From Eledone cirrhosa (taxonomy: Eukaryota): DNA of 64,000 bases. Numbering within the stretch: position 1 is the first letter of the stretch; every line of letters begins with the position of its first letter. This document shows positions 26,901 through 39,135 of this stretch, piece after piece. A program made the position numbers and the translations under genes. The notes below the pieces were generated by a model, which saw nothing but the letters and a program-made list of their open reading frames with translations, did not search any database and was not told the DNA's origin. The stretch covers positions 2,542,001 through 2,606,000 of the forward strand of contig OZ024748.1 in NCBI GenBank assembly GCA_964016885.1. The letters are read 5' to 3'.

Positions 26901-29108
26901 GGGCAGTGGATTGGTAGTATCGGTAGAGGGTCATACGGCATGGGCAGTGGATTGGTAGTATCGGTAGAGGGTCATACGGCATGGGCAGTGAATTGGTAGT
27001 ATCGGTAGAGGGTCATACGGCATGGGCAGTGAATTGGTAGTATCGGTAGAGGGTCATACGGCATGGGCAGTGAATTGGTAGTATCGGTAGAGGGTCAGAC
27101 GGCATGGGTGGGGGATTGGTAGTATCGGTAGAGGGTCATACGGCATGGGCAGTGGATTGGTAGTATCGGTAGAGGGTCATACGGCATGGGCAGTGGATTG
27201 GTAGTATCGGTAGAGGGTCATACGGCATGGGCAGTGAATTGGTAGTATCGGTAGAGGGTCATACGGCATGGGCAGTGAATTGGTAGTATCGGTAGAGGGT
27301 CATACGGCATGGGCAGTGAATTGGTAGTATCGGTAGAGGGTCAGACGGCATGGGTGGGGGATTGGTAGTATCGGTAGAGGGTCATACGGCATGGGTGGGG
27401 GATTGGTAGTATCGGTAGAGGGTCATACGGCATGGGTGGGGGATTGGTAGTATCGGTAGAGGGTCATACGGCATGGGTGGGGGATTGGCAGTATCGGTAG
27501 AGGGTCATACGGCATGGGCAGTGAATTGGTAGTATCGGTAGAGGGTCATACGGCATGGGCAGTGGATTGGTAGTATCGGTAGAGGGTCATACGGCATGGG
27601 CAGTGAATTGGTAGTATCGGTAGAGGGTCATACGGCATGGGCAGTGAATTGGTAGTATCGGTAGAGGGTCATACGGCATGGGCAGTGAATTGGTAGTATC
27701 GGTAGAGGGTCAGACGGCATGGGTGGGGGATTGGTAGTATCGGTAGAGGGTCAGACGGCATGGGTGGGGGATTGGTAGTATCGGTAGAGGGTCATACGGC
27801 ATGGGTGGGGGATTGGTAGTATCGGTAGAGGGTCAGACGGCATGGGTGAGGGATTGGTAGTATCGGTAGAGGGTCATACGGCATGGGCAGTGGATTAGTA
27901 GTATCGGTAGAGGGTCATACGGCATGGGCAGTGAATTGGTAGTATCGGTAGAGGGTCATACGGCATGGGCAGTGGATTGGTAGTATCGGTAGAGGGTCAT
28001 ACGGCATGGGCACTGAATTGGTAGTATCGGTAGAGGGTCATACGGCATGGGCAGTGAATTGGTAGTATCGGTAGAGGGTCATACGGCATGGGCAGTGAAT
28101 TGGTAGTATCGGTAGAGGGTCATACGGCATGGGCAGTGAATTGGTAGTATCGGTAGAGGGTCATACGGCATGGGCAGTGAATTGGTAGTATCGGTAGAGG
28201 GTCAGACGGCATGGGTGGGGGATTGGTAGTATCGGTAGAGGGTCATACGGCATGGGCAGTGGATTGGTAGTATCGGTAGAGGGTCATACGGCATGGGTGG
28301 GGGATTGGTAGTATCGGTAGAGGGTCAGACGGCATGGGTGGGGGATTGGTAGTATCGGTAGAGGGTAATACGGCATGGGCAGTGGATTGGTAGTATCGGT
28401 AGAGGGTCAGACGGCATGGGTGGGGGATTGGTAGTATCGGTAGAGGGTCATACGGCATGGGCAGTGGATTGGTAGTATCGGTAGAGGGTCAGACGGCATG
28501 GGTGGGGGATTGGTAGTATCGGTAGAGGGTCATACGGCATGGGCAGTGGATTGGTAGTATCGGTAGAGGGTCAGACGGCATGGGTGGGGGATTGGTAGTA
28601 TCGGTAGAGGGTCAGACGGCATGGGTGGGGGATTGGTAGTATCGGTAGAGGGTCAGACGGCATGGGCAGTGGATTGGTAGTATCGGTAGAGGGTCATACG
28701 GCATGGGCAGTGAATTGGTAGTATCGGTAGAGGGTCATACGGCATGGGCAGTGAATTGGTAGTATCGGTAGAGGGTCAGACGGCATGGGTGGGGGATTGG
28801 TAGTATCGGTAGAGGGTCATACGGCATGGGTGGGGGATTGGTAGTATCGGTAGAGGGTCAGACGGCATGGGTGGGGGATTGGTAGTATCGGTAGAGGGTC
28901 AGACGGCATGGGTGGGGGATTGGTAGTATCGGGTAGAGGGTCAGACGGCATGGGTGGGGGATTGGTAGTATCGGTAGAGGGTCAGACGGCATGGGTGGGG
29001 GATTGGTAGTATCGGTAGAGGGTCAGACGGCATGGGTGGGGGATTGGTAGTATCGGGTAGAGGGTCAGACGGCATGGGTGGGGGATTGGTAGTATCGGTA
29101 GAGGGTCG
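23968..29108. repeat. 41/42-bp G-rich minisatellite, about 124 units, derived from a SINE head
   Basis: Unit GGG(TGGGGG/CAGTGG/CAGTGA)ATTGGTAGTATCG(G)GTAGAGGGTCA(T/G)ACGGCAT; it runs directly into a SINE body at 29100-29272. Confidence 0.95.
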
Positions 29109-30141
29109 GGCAGCATAGTTACCGCCCTTTATGGTCTGAGTTCAAAACCCGCTGAGATTAACTTTGCCTTTCATCCTTGCGGGGTCAATAAAGTACCAGT
29201 AACACACTGGGGTCAATTTAATCGACTTTCCCCTCCCCCCAAAATTGCTGGCCTTGTGCCTATATAAGAAACCATTATTTAACCATCCTTCATTAGTCTT
29301 CATTTTTAGTTGTCATTATGTAATCATTAATTAGTCTTCATTATTGTCGTTATTTAATCATCATTAATTAACAATTGTTATTTAGTTGTTATTTAGCCAT
29401 CTTTATTTAAACATCATTACTTAGCCATTCTTGTGTGTATATATATTTCTGTATCTGTGTATATATGTGTATTTCTGTATCTGTGTGTATATATGTGTAT
29501 TTCTGTGTCTGTGTGTATATATGTGTATTTCTGTGTGTCTGTGTGTATATATATTTCTGTATCTGTGTGTATATATGTGTATTTCTGTATCTGTGTGTAT
29601 ATATATTTCTGTATCTGTGTGTATAGATGTGTATTTCTGTGTCTGTGTGTATATATGTGTATTTCTGTGTGTCTGTATGTATATATATTTCTGTATCTGT
29701 GTATATATGTGTATTTCTGTATCTGTGTGTATATATGTGTATTTCTGTGTCTGTGTGTATATATGTGTATTTCTGTGTGTCTGTGTGTATATATATTTCT
29801 GTATCTGTGTGTATATATGTGTATTTCTGTATCTGTGTGTATATATATTTCTGTATCTGTGTGTATAGATGTGTATTTCTGTGTCTGTGTGTATATATGT
29901 GTATTTCTGTGTGTCTGTATGTATATATATTTCTGTATCTGTGTGTATATATGTGTATTTCTGTATCTGTGTGTATATATATTTCTGTATCTGTGTGTAT
30001 AGATGTGTATTTCTGTGTCTATATATACATATTTTTGTGTATCTGTGTCTGTGTGTATATATACATATTTTTGTGTATCTGTGTCTGTATATATATATGC
30101 ATATTTCTGTGTGTCTATATGTATATATACATATTTGTGTA

Positions 30142-30172
<31 letters not shown>

Positions 30173-30781
30173 GTATTTGTGTGTTTGTATCATCATCACT
30201 GTTTCACGTCCGTTCTTCCACGCTAGCATGGGTTAGACGGGTTGTCCTGTTGTGGGCAGTGTCTGGTCGGCTGACCATGCCTTGCTCATACAGGAACTGA
30301 TCTGGCTTGATTTCTACAGCTGGATGCCCTTCCTAACACCAACCTCATTTACAATGAGTGCTGGGTGCTTTTTCGTGGCGCCTACATGTCCACTTTACAG
30401 TGTGGGCTGGGTGCTTCTTTTACCGTGGCACCTCCACGACCACCTTGCAGTGGGAGGGTGTGAGGGCATATTGTCTATATGCTTCAGCTTGTACCCATGG
30501 GAGGTCGGGTACTCTGTATTACTGCGTGACGCCAGAGGTCACGGTCGTGTGTCATCGCCTTTGAGAGGTGTAATTGGGTAAGGTCGGCTTTTATCACCTC
30601 ATCCCAGGTCCATCGACTTCTAGTATGTGTATATATATGTATTTATGTATATATATATATACGTATTTTTGTGTGCCTGTGTCTATGTATATATATGTAT
30701 TTATGTGTCTGTATATATATATATATATAATATATACAGACACATAAATACATATATATACATAGACACAGGCACACAAAA

Positions 30782-30812
<31 letters not shown>

Positions 30813-30865
30813 CAGACAGACACATAAATACATATATATATACATACAAACACACAAACACACAA

Positions 30866-30898
<33 letters not shown>

Positions 30899-32449
30899 CG
30901 TATTTTTGTGTGCCTGTGTCTGTATGTATATATATGTATTTCTGTGTGTCTATGTGTATGTATGTGTCAGTGTGTACATTTACTGTTTGTTTGTGTCCCA
31001 TAACTTAGTGATTTAACCGATACAGATCAATAGACTAAATACTGGGGACTGATATGATCAAACTAAATCTCTGGGTGGCAGTACCCCTTCACCAGCATTG
31101 ATGCAGTCCCTTCATTAAAATGGCACAAAATAAAATTTAAAAATAGATAAAATAAATAAAATGATGCTTTCGATTCCAAATATACATTTTATTTGTGGTT
31201 CTTGGGAGTAGTTATCTGTAAAAAAACCCATTCATATTCACTCATTGCTTCAAAACTTTTCAATTAATGCTATAAAATTAATTATAAAATGAAAATTAAA
31301 AGGTTGTAAGGTTGGCTTGTTTCTTTATTTGTTATTGAGTTGTGAAAATACACACACACATACACACACACTTATTTGTGAGTGGGTACAGTGGAGAAGT
31401 GACTGTTACTTTTTGGTAAGGTGTGTAAAGCTCAATGTACACTTGGGTTCTTCAATTTAATTATACATATATATATATATATATATACATGCATACATAT
31501 ATATATATATATATATAATAGAAACAAAAAAAACTGAGGAAGTTTCATTGCGTATCAACCTGTTACACATGTTTTGCAGAGGATTGGGTCAAGGTGACCC
31601 ATAGGAGTTATATAAATGAAACTTTGTTGTTATTTTCTATTCTATACACTCTGCCTGTGCATAGAGTGCTTGATGTGGTACCAACACCAGTATTTCACCA
31701 TACTACCTACACTATATATATATATATATATATATATGTTTGAAAAATAAAACAGAAGTCCGGTGTTGGTAGTGAGTTAGATGAACTAACTCTCTACTTA
31801 CATCTGACTTTAGTTTTTATTGTTCAAACACACATATGTAAATGACTCTGTAACCCGGATGGATTTTCTTCGAGGATACTGTAAGCATTGATCACCTACC
31901 ACAAAAACTACCGGTCACACTGCCAAATCTCGCTGCAACCATCCTTCCAAGGATACATTGACTTCTAACAAAGTTATCAGCCCCACCACAACCAGGTGGA
32001 CTATGATATATAAATGTATATCAAATGTAGGACTATAAAATATAAAATCACTTCTCAAAGGAGAGTAGAGACAGATCTATAGAGTGTATTTGCCAGCTTC
32101 AGAAAGAAGCGGTCGTTCAATGTTTATATCATGCAAATAGAAGTTAAGAGAAGATTTGTTTAGAGTGTGGGAAAAGCTAGTGATGCATTTAGTAAACGAG
32201 TCGATGTCACAGTTTGCCTGAAACATTTGTAAACGATTAAAAACTATTTTTTAATGAAAGAAGATTGATTTTCATTTAATACTTTTGTAAGTATATATAT
32301 ATATATATGTGTGTGTGTATACATATACGTGTGTGTATATATATATATTCTCTTGTAATATTTCTCTCTTGAGAGATATTATAACACCTGTATGTTAATG
32401 AAGTATATTTATGTTTATATTTTATTGTTTGTTCATTTATTTTTCAAAG

Positions 32450-32470
32450 CATCTCAGCAAAAAATTGGAG
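32450..32470 (+). CDS. COPZ1: Candidate 21-nt alternative microexon of COPZ (HLSKKLE)
   Basis: About 40 nt of T-rich, AG-free tract, then ttttcaaag|CATCTCAGCAAAAAATTGGAG|gtaagt. Consensus donor, phase 0/0, open in the COPZ frame. Confidence 0.6.
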
Positions 32471-32596
32471 GTAAGTAAACCTTGTTGGGCTGCTTCATCA
32501 TGGAGATTATATCATTGGGTGATACTTATTTCACTTACTATTGCTGCTATAATAATGATATTTATTATTATTGTTATTACTATTAACCACAAAAAG

Positions 32597-32862
32597 AGGC
32601 AGTGGATTGGCAGTATCTGTAGAGGGTCGGACACCCTGATAGGGCGGTGGATTGGCAGTATCTGTAGAGGGTTGGACACCCTGCTTCACAGCATTGAGTT
32701 ACGGCTCTTTACGTTCTGAGTTCAAATCCCGCCGAGGTCAGCTTTGCCTTTCATCCTTATGGGGTCGATAAAATAAAGTACCAGTAATGCACCAGGATCA
32801 ATTTAATTGACTTTCCCCTCCCCTAAAATTGCTGGCATTGTGCCTAAATCAGAAACTATTAT
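32597..32862 (+). mobile_element. Second-family SINE with a duplicated 5' head and TSD
   Basis: TSD TATTAACCACAAAA at 32581-32594 and 32863-32876; the head is repeated twice (about 32597-32683). Confidence 0.8.
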
Positions 32863-33183
32863 TATTAACCACAAAAGGTGTACAGAAAATACATCAAGGG
32901 GTGGCCCAAACCAACACTGTGTGTTTCATGGAAACTTGTAAAAATGAAAACAAAAGCAGAAACAATAAAATTAAAACAAAGTAAAATTCCTCAATAGTTG
33001 GGTTGGGTAAGACTTTTGAGGGCCACTTTTCTTTGCTTCAATTTTTTTGTTAACCCTTTTTTTTTTTTATTTCTCATTTTTACATATCTCCATAAAACTA
33101 CGCCATTGAATTGGGCCACCCTTAATGGTTTTTTTATAAACCCTTTGAGGTTAATGGAGAAGTCATTATTATTATTATTATTA

Positions 33184-33840
33184 GGGTGGTGGTGGATTGG
33201 CAGTATCGGTAGCGGGTCGAACGCCATGCTTTGACTCATAGAGTTACGACCCTTGCCATTCTGAGTTCAAATCCCGCCAAGGTTAACTTTGCCTTTCATC
33301 CTTACGGGGTCGATAAAATAAAGTACCAGTAATGTACTGGGTGATTGCTGGCCTTGTGCCAAAAGTAGAAACAATTATTAGGGTGGTGGATTGGCAGAAT
33401 TGGTAGAACTTTGGATAAAATGCCATTGCAGTATTTGTTCTGGCTCTCTGCAATCTGAGTTCAAATCCTGCCGTGGTCAACTTTGCCTTTCATCTTTGCC
33501 AGAGTCGATAAAATAATGTATCCAGAAAGTACTGGGGTAGCTGCAATCGACTCTCCCCCTCCCCACAAATTGCTGGCCATGTGCCTAAAGTACAAATCAT
33601 TATTATTATTAACATTGAGAGTGGTGGATTGGCAGAATTGTTAGAGCGTCGGGGGAAAAAATGCCTTGTGGTATTTGTTCTGACTCTTAACATTCTGAGT
33701 TCAAATCATCCTACTGAGGTCAACTTTGCCTTTCATCCTTCCGGGGTCGAAAAATAAAGTACCAGTCAAGTACTGGGGTCAATTTCAACGACTTTCTCCT
33801 CCCCCAAAATTACTGGCCTTGTGTCAAAATCGGAAACCAT
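33184..33840 (+). mobile_element. Three head-to-tail copies of the second SINE
   Basis: GGTGGATTGGCAG heads, each followed by the shared core and an (ATT)n tail. Confidence 0.8.
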
Positions 33841-34664
33841 TTTTACATCATTATTATTATTATCATTAATGCTTTTTTTCTTACCTTTTTGAGCTTCTGG
33901 GAATCTCTTTATAATTTACCTAACATGGTGTTAATTTTCCAGTATTTAGTTGCATCTATATCTGTATTTATTTATTATAAACCTAATCAATCGCTACATT
34001 GGCTGATCAGCATATCCAGTTGCATAATACTTTCATTTCTTACACTAATCTTGATCAATAAACTTAGATACATACACTTTATTGATGATATCTTCACACA
34101 AACACACTCACACACAAACACATATATATGTATTTTAAAATGCTGAATCAAATTTATTCTGAGTTTGTCTTGTTGGATAAAGGTTCAAAACATGTTTCTT
34201 AAGGAAATGTTGCTCAACTGATGTCAGTCTCGCTGACTGGAGAAATATGTTGTTTCCTAAGGAAACATGTCTCAGCTGAGCTCAGTTTATCTAACTGGAG
34301 AAAGGTTCAAAACATCTGTTGTTTCTAAAGCACTTTCATCTCAACTTTAAAATTGTCTTGTTAGTAATAAGAAAATGATTTTTATGCTTCCCTAATAAAG
34401 TCATTTTATCATTGTTGGGAAACTTTTGTTTTTACTAACGATTTAATAAGGATTTACACAGTATAGAATTAATAAAGATAATAGGCAAAGTTTGTATCTG
34501 TGTACATATGTATGTGTTTGTGTGTGTGTATATATGGTGTATATATATATATATGACGTAGTAAATCAAGGCGCCCCAGCCTAACTGCTGTCTACTAACT
34601 GCTGTAAAGGAATATGTATGTGTGTATAATATACATATATATGTGTTTATATATATATATATAT

Positions 34665-34916
34665 CAGGGGCGAAGGATGCGTGCATGCAATGCATGCGTT
34701 GCTCAATTGCGTCGGTTGAAGCAAGCAGAATTTTGGCTGCTTGCTAAACCGTAGACACATAAAAAGACAACACACACACACGAGATAACACAACATGCGC
34801 CTTTGACCGGGAGGGTCATTTAGAGGGAATTGAGGGGAGGGGGTAAGGCTGCACAGCCCCACTTTCCGCCATGGCGATTGGACTGCATGCCCTGCTTTCC
34901 AGGTTACCCTTCGCCA

Positions 34917-34919
<3 letters not shown>
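34665..34919. mobile_element. 255-bp MITE inserted in a (TA)n tract
   Basis: TIRs CAGGGGCGAAGG and CCTTCGCCACTG (11 of 12 match); TA microsatellite on both sides. Confidence 0.7.
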
Positions 34920-34962
<43 letters not shown>

Positions 34963-35820
34963 AACATTTTGTTAATCTTTAGTGAAGGGCAGTGCTCATG
35001 ATCCTTTCCATGTCCTCCCAGCATGTTGGTGTGTGGGAAGGAAGGAAGGTGTCCTCATATAAGGGGCCTGACATGAATGCTTGCAGTAGAATGGATTCAG
35101 CTAAAGATACCCAAGTGCCAGGGAAAAAGGGTGTTAAATTGGGAGATGGATTAAATCTACCAACACCCACACCGCACACACACAAGGCCATATTTGGGGT
35201 CCTAGGTTAGCTTAGGTTATGGAAGACTGGGACAGTTCAAGTTTTGGGTACCCAGGGTTTGTTCCTAGAGGGGACCCTGTTGTACAAGGGGTGCCCAGGG
35301 CATTCACCCCCTCTGGCCCCTGATATATCCCGCCTTGCACACACACACACACTCACACACACACCCATGCACATACGCCCACACAGCCACACATATTTAG
35401 AAACAGCATGTGTTTACTAATAAACCACAAGTTATTCTCTGTGAGACCTGAAAAGGGAGATAAGCCTGATTAGTTTCAGTGTTTATTGTAACCTCATCAG
35501 AGATCTGTTGCTTACTTTCATGATCACAGAAAAAGTGTTGGTTTATATCTTTTTATAGACAAACAGTATCAGAATTATATTGATCTGTGTAATTTGTATA
35601 CCTGTGCATGTATTGATACACTACACAGTGATAGGATAGATATAGAAGGAAAACTTACAGCATGTTGTTCCAAATTAAATATTTGAATTAATATTTAAAT
35701 ATAATTGAAGAATGAAACTAATATATTTTTAAATAATACATATTTAAATATATATTTAATATTATTTAAATGAATATATATGTATGTTTATGTGTGTGTG
35801 TATATATATATATATATATG

Positions 35821-37015
35821 TAGTGGGATCACAGGTAAGCTAACTACATGTGGCCAGTGCTCTGGTGCAATAAGTAGCAGCAAGTGCCCACAAAATACTA
35901 GCTCTTTCAATTGCGCAGAGGGTTCTATAGAAATAGTGGACAGCTTCCGTTACCTGGGTGACAAAATCAGCAGTGGGGGAGGGTGCTCTGAAAGTACAGT
36001 AGCTAGAGTCAGAACTGGATGGAAAAAGTTCAGAGAGCTTATACCACTATTAGCCACTAAAGGGTTCTCCCTAAAAATGAAAGGCAGGTTGTATGATGCC
36101 TGCATATGAACAGCAATGTTGCATGGCAGTGAGACCTGGGCATTGTGTGCAGAGGATATACGCAGACTAGAGAGGAACGAAGCTTGCATGCTCCGCTGGA
36201 TGTGTAATAGTAATATACGTGAACGGCAAAGCATAAACGAACTAAGGAAAAAATTAGAAATAAGAGGGATCAGATGTTGTTTACTCGAGAGAAGGCTACG
36301 TTGGTATGGTCACGTGATGCGCATGAAAGACGACAGCTGTATAACAAAGTGCAGGGCAATAAAGATAGATGGTAGCCACGGAGTAGGCAGACCCAGAAAA
36401 ACCTGGGAGGAGCTGATAAATTCCGACCTTACACACTTACACCTCTCCAAGACAATGTCACTGGACCGAGACCTTTGGCGGTACTCAGTAATAGAGAAGA
36501 CCCGCCTTACCTAAATACAAAGTAAAACCTACTACAGTCAGTAGGCATCTCTAACAAAATACACCCCCGTCCCACCCACCCCACCCCATCCACACCGCCC
36601 CATTTCAATGTAAAGTTATGTTGGTGCCACAACATCCAGGCTGAAACAAATGAGATCGTGTAGGTGTCACGACAAAAAAACACACAGTCCACGCTGTAAT
36701 GTGGCCGTGTAGGCAACACGGTAAAAACCTCCCAGTCCCACACTGTAAATGTGGTTGGTGTTAGGAAGGGCATCCAGCTGTAGAAAACACGCCAGACAGT
36801 CCACGCTGAAATGTGGCCGTGTAGGCAACACGGTAAAAACCTCCCAGCCCCACACTGTAAATGTGGTTGGTGTTAGGAAGGGCATCCAGCTGTAGAAAAC
36901 CCGCCAGACAGTCCTACGCGAGCAAGGCAACCACTCTTGCCTCTAGTGGGAAAACTCCCGTCCAAACCCATGCAAGCGTGGAACATGGACGTTAAACGAT
37001 GATGATGATGATGAT
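35821..37015 (+). mobile_element. RTE-clade LINE 3' fragment
   Basis: IEIVDSFRYLGDKIS, LYDACI*TAMLHGSETW, RRLRWYGHVMRM and GRPRKTW motifs; 3' UTR with a duplicated GGAAGGGCATCC module and (GAT)n tail. Confidence 0.9.
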
Positions 37016-37480
37016 GTATATGTTTATATATATGTGTATGTTTACATCTATGTATATGTATATATTTATATATACGTGTATGTATGTTTACATGTATATA
37101 TATGTATATATTTATATATATGTGTATGTATGTTTACATGTATATATATGTATATATTTATATATATGTGTATGTATGTTTACATGTATATATGTGTATA
37201 TGTATATATATGTATGTAGATGTATATATGTGTATGTATGTTTACATGTATGTATATGTCTATGTATGTTTACATGTATATATATGTTTGTCTGTGTATA
37301 TATTTATATATATGTGTATGTAAGTGTACATGTATATATAGATATGTTTGTCTGTGTGTATATATATGTCCATGGGAAGGAATAAGGAAAAAGTGCTCAA
37401 TCTAGTGTAAGAGAGCTAATTTCTTATTGATAGGCAAGAGAGTAACAAAGAAGGTAGTAGATGGAGATTTTACAAGAAAA

Positions 37481-37762
37481 TAATGGGTGAGAGACCTATT
37501 GTAAGATATATAGGCTTAACTGTTATAATATATATATCAAGGCATCCTGCAATATAATGGGTGAGAGACCTATTGTAAGATATATAGGCTTAACTGTTAT
37601 AATATATATATCAAGGCATCCTGCAATATAATGGGTGAGAGACCTATTGTAAGATATATAGGCTTAACTGTTATAATATATATATCAAGGCATCCTGCAA
37701 TATAATGGGTGAGGGACCTATTGTAAGATATATAGGCTTAACTGTTATAATATATATATCAG
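37481..37762. repeat. 74-bp tandem repeat, about 4 copies
   Basis: TAATGGGTGAGAGACCTATTGTAAG... recurs at 37481, 37555 and onward. Confidence 0.85.
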
Positions 37763-38952
37763 GACATCCATTATCATCACCTTTATTTTATATTTTACTG
37801 ATCATTTTGCTATGCTTGCAGTGGTGGGAGCGTATCGCTAATCTATCTCCATGATTTTCCTTTGTCATCTCTTTCATAAGGTTCAGCTTCTTGAGATCAG
37901 TTTTCACCATTTCATCCCATCTCTTCTTCCTAAGTCTGTTTCTTCTGAAGGTTCAGGTTCCTTTCACTTCAAGCACTCGGCACTTCTTTCTCATCACACG
38001 CCAGTACTTATGCAGCTTCTCTCTTGGTACATTCCATCCTAATTTATCTCATCTCCTCTTATATACCCAGTTTTTCTTATATAACTCAGTTCTGCTCCAT
38101 CATTCATACACACTAACATTACACACGGAGCATTGATTGCTTCAGTTCTTTTTTTTTTTCTAGGTATTGTAAATATTCTATGTTCAAGGGCCCCAGATCT
38201 TGCTACCATTACAAATTACACACACACACACACACACACACATGCACACACAATAAAAAGGACCAGGACCCAAGCAGTTTCGGTTAGTGATCGCTTAAAT
38301 AAATATTCATATATTTCTGTCACTAATTTTCTTCTAATGCAGTTTATATATAATATCGTCTTTTTTTTAATGTATCATAGATTACATTACTGATTACATA
38401 CGAGAGTGTAACACAGTGTAACACAGTGTAACACAGTCTTCCTTCAATTTCTGTGTATATTGTCAATTACGATTTTATTTGATGTATCATATCTACATGC
38501 ATATATACTTGCGTATAATATCAATATACACACTACACATGTATCATATCTACATGTATATATACTTGCGTATATCAATATACACACTACACATGCTAGC
38601 AGAAAACCACCAGAAGGGTGGTTTTTCTGCAAGTATATATATATATTTATATATAATCTTTATTTTCCAATAACTTCCTTGAGTTATAGACGCCCTGAGG
38701 TGAGACATATTGTCTTTAGTACGTAGAAATGTCCAAGACCCCCAGCACACAGCTGAAGGAAAATTTTCTCCCATTCTTGCTTTCCTCTTTTTATAAGTAC
38801 ACCTTATCCAGCAACTACACGGTCCGTTTATTCTTAAATTTATATATATTTATATATGACTGGCCTGTCTCTCCTCATAATGGTGCCATCCAGTTCCACA
38901 CTGTAAATGTAGTTGGTATTAGGAAGGACAGAATCCAGCTTCAGAATCCGCC

Positions 38953-39012
<60 letters not shown>

Positions 39013-39081
39013 TATTATGGAATATATATATATATTATAGAATACTGTTGGCTTCTTGCTACAATACTTTCTATACCTTTC

Positions 39082-39129
<48 letters not shown>

Positions 39130-39135
<6 letters not shown>

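Noticed and set aside
35780-36514. Nested host gene or active reverse transcriptase
   Set aside because: A 5'-truncated RTE with an in-frame stop; it lacks the RT catalytic core.
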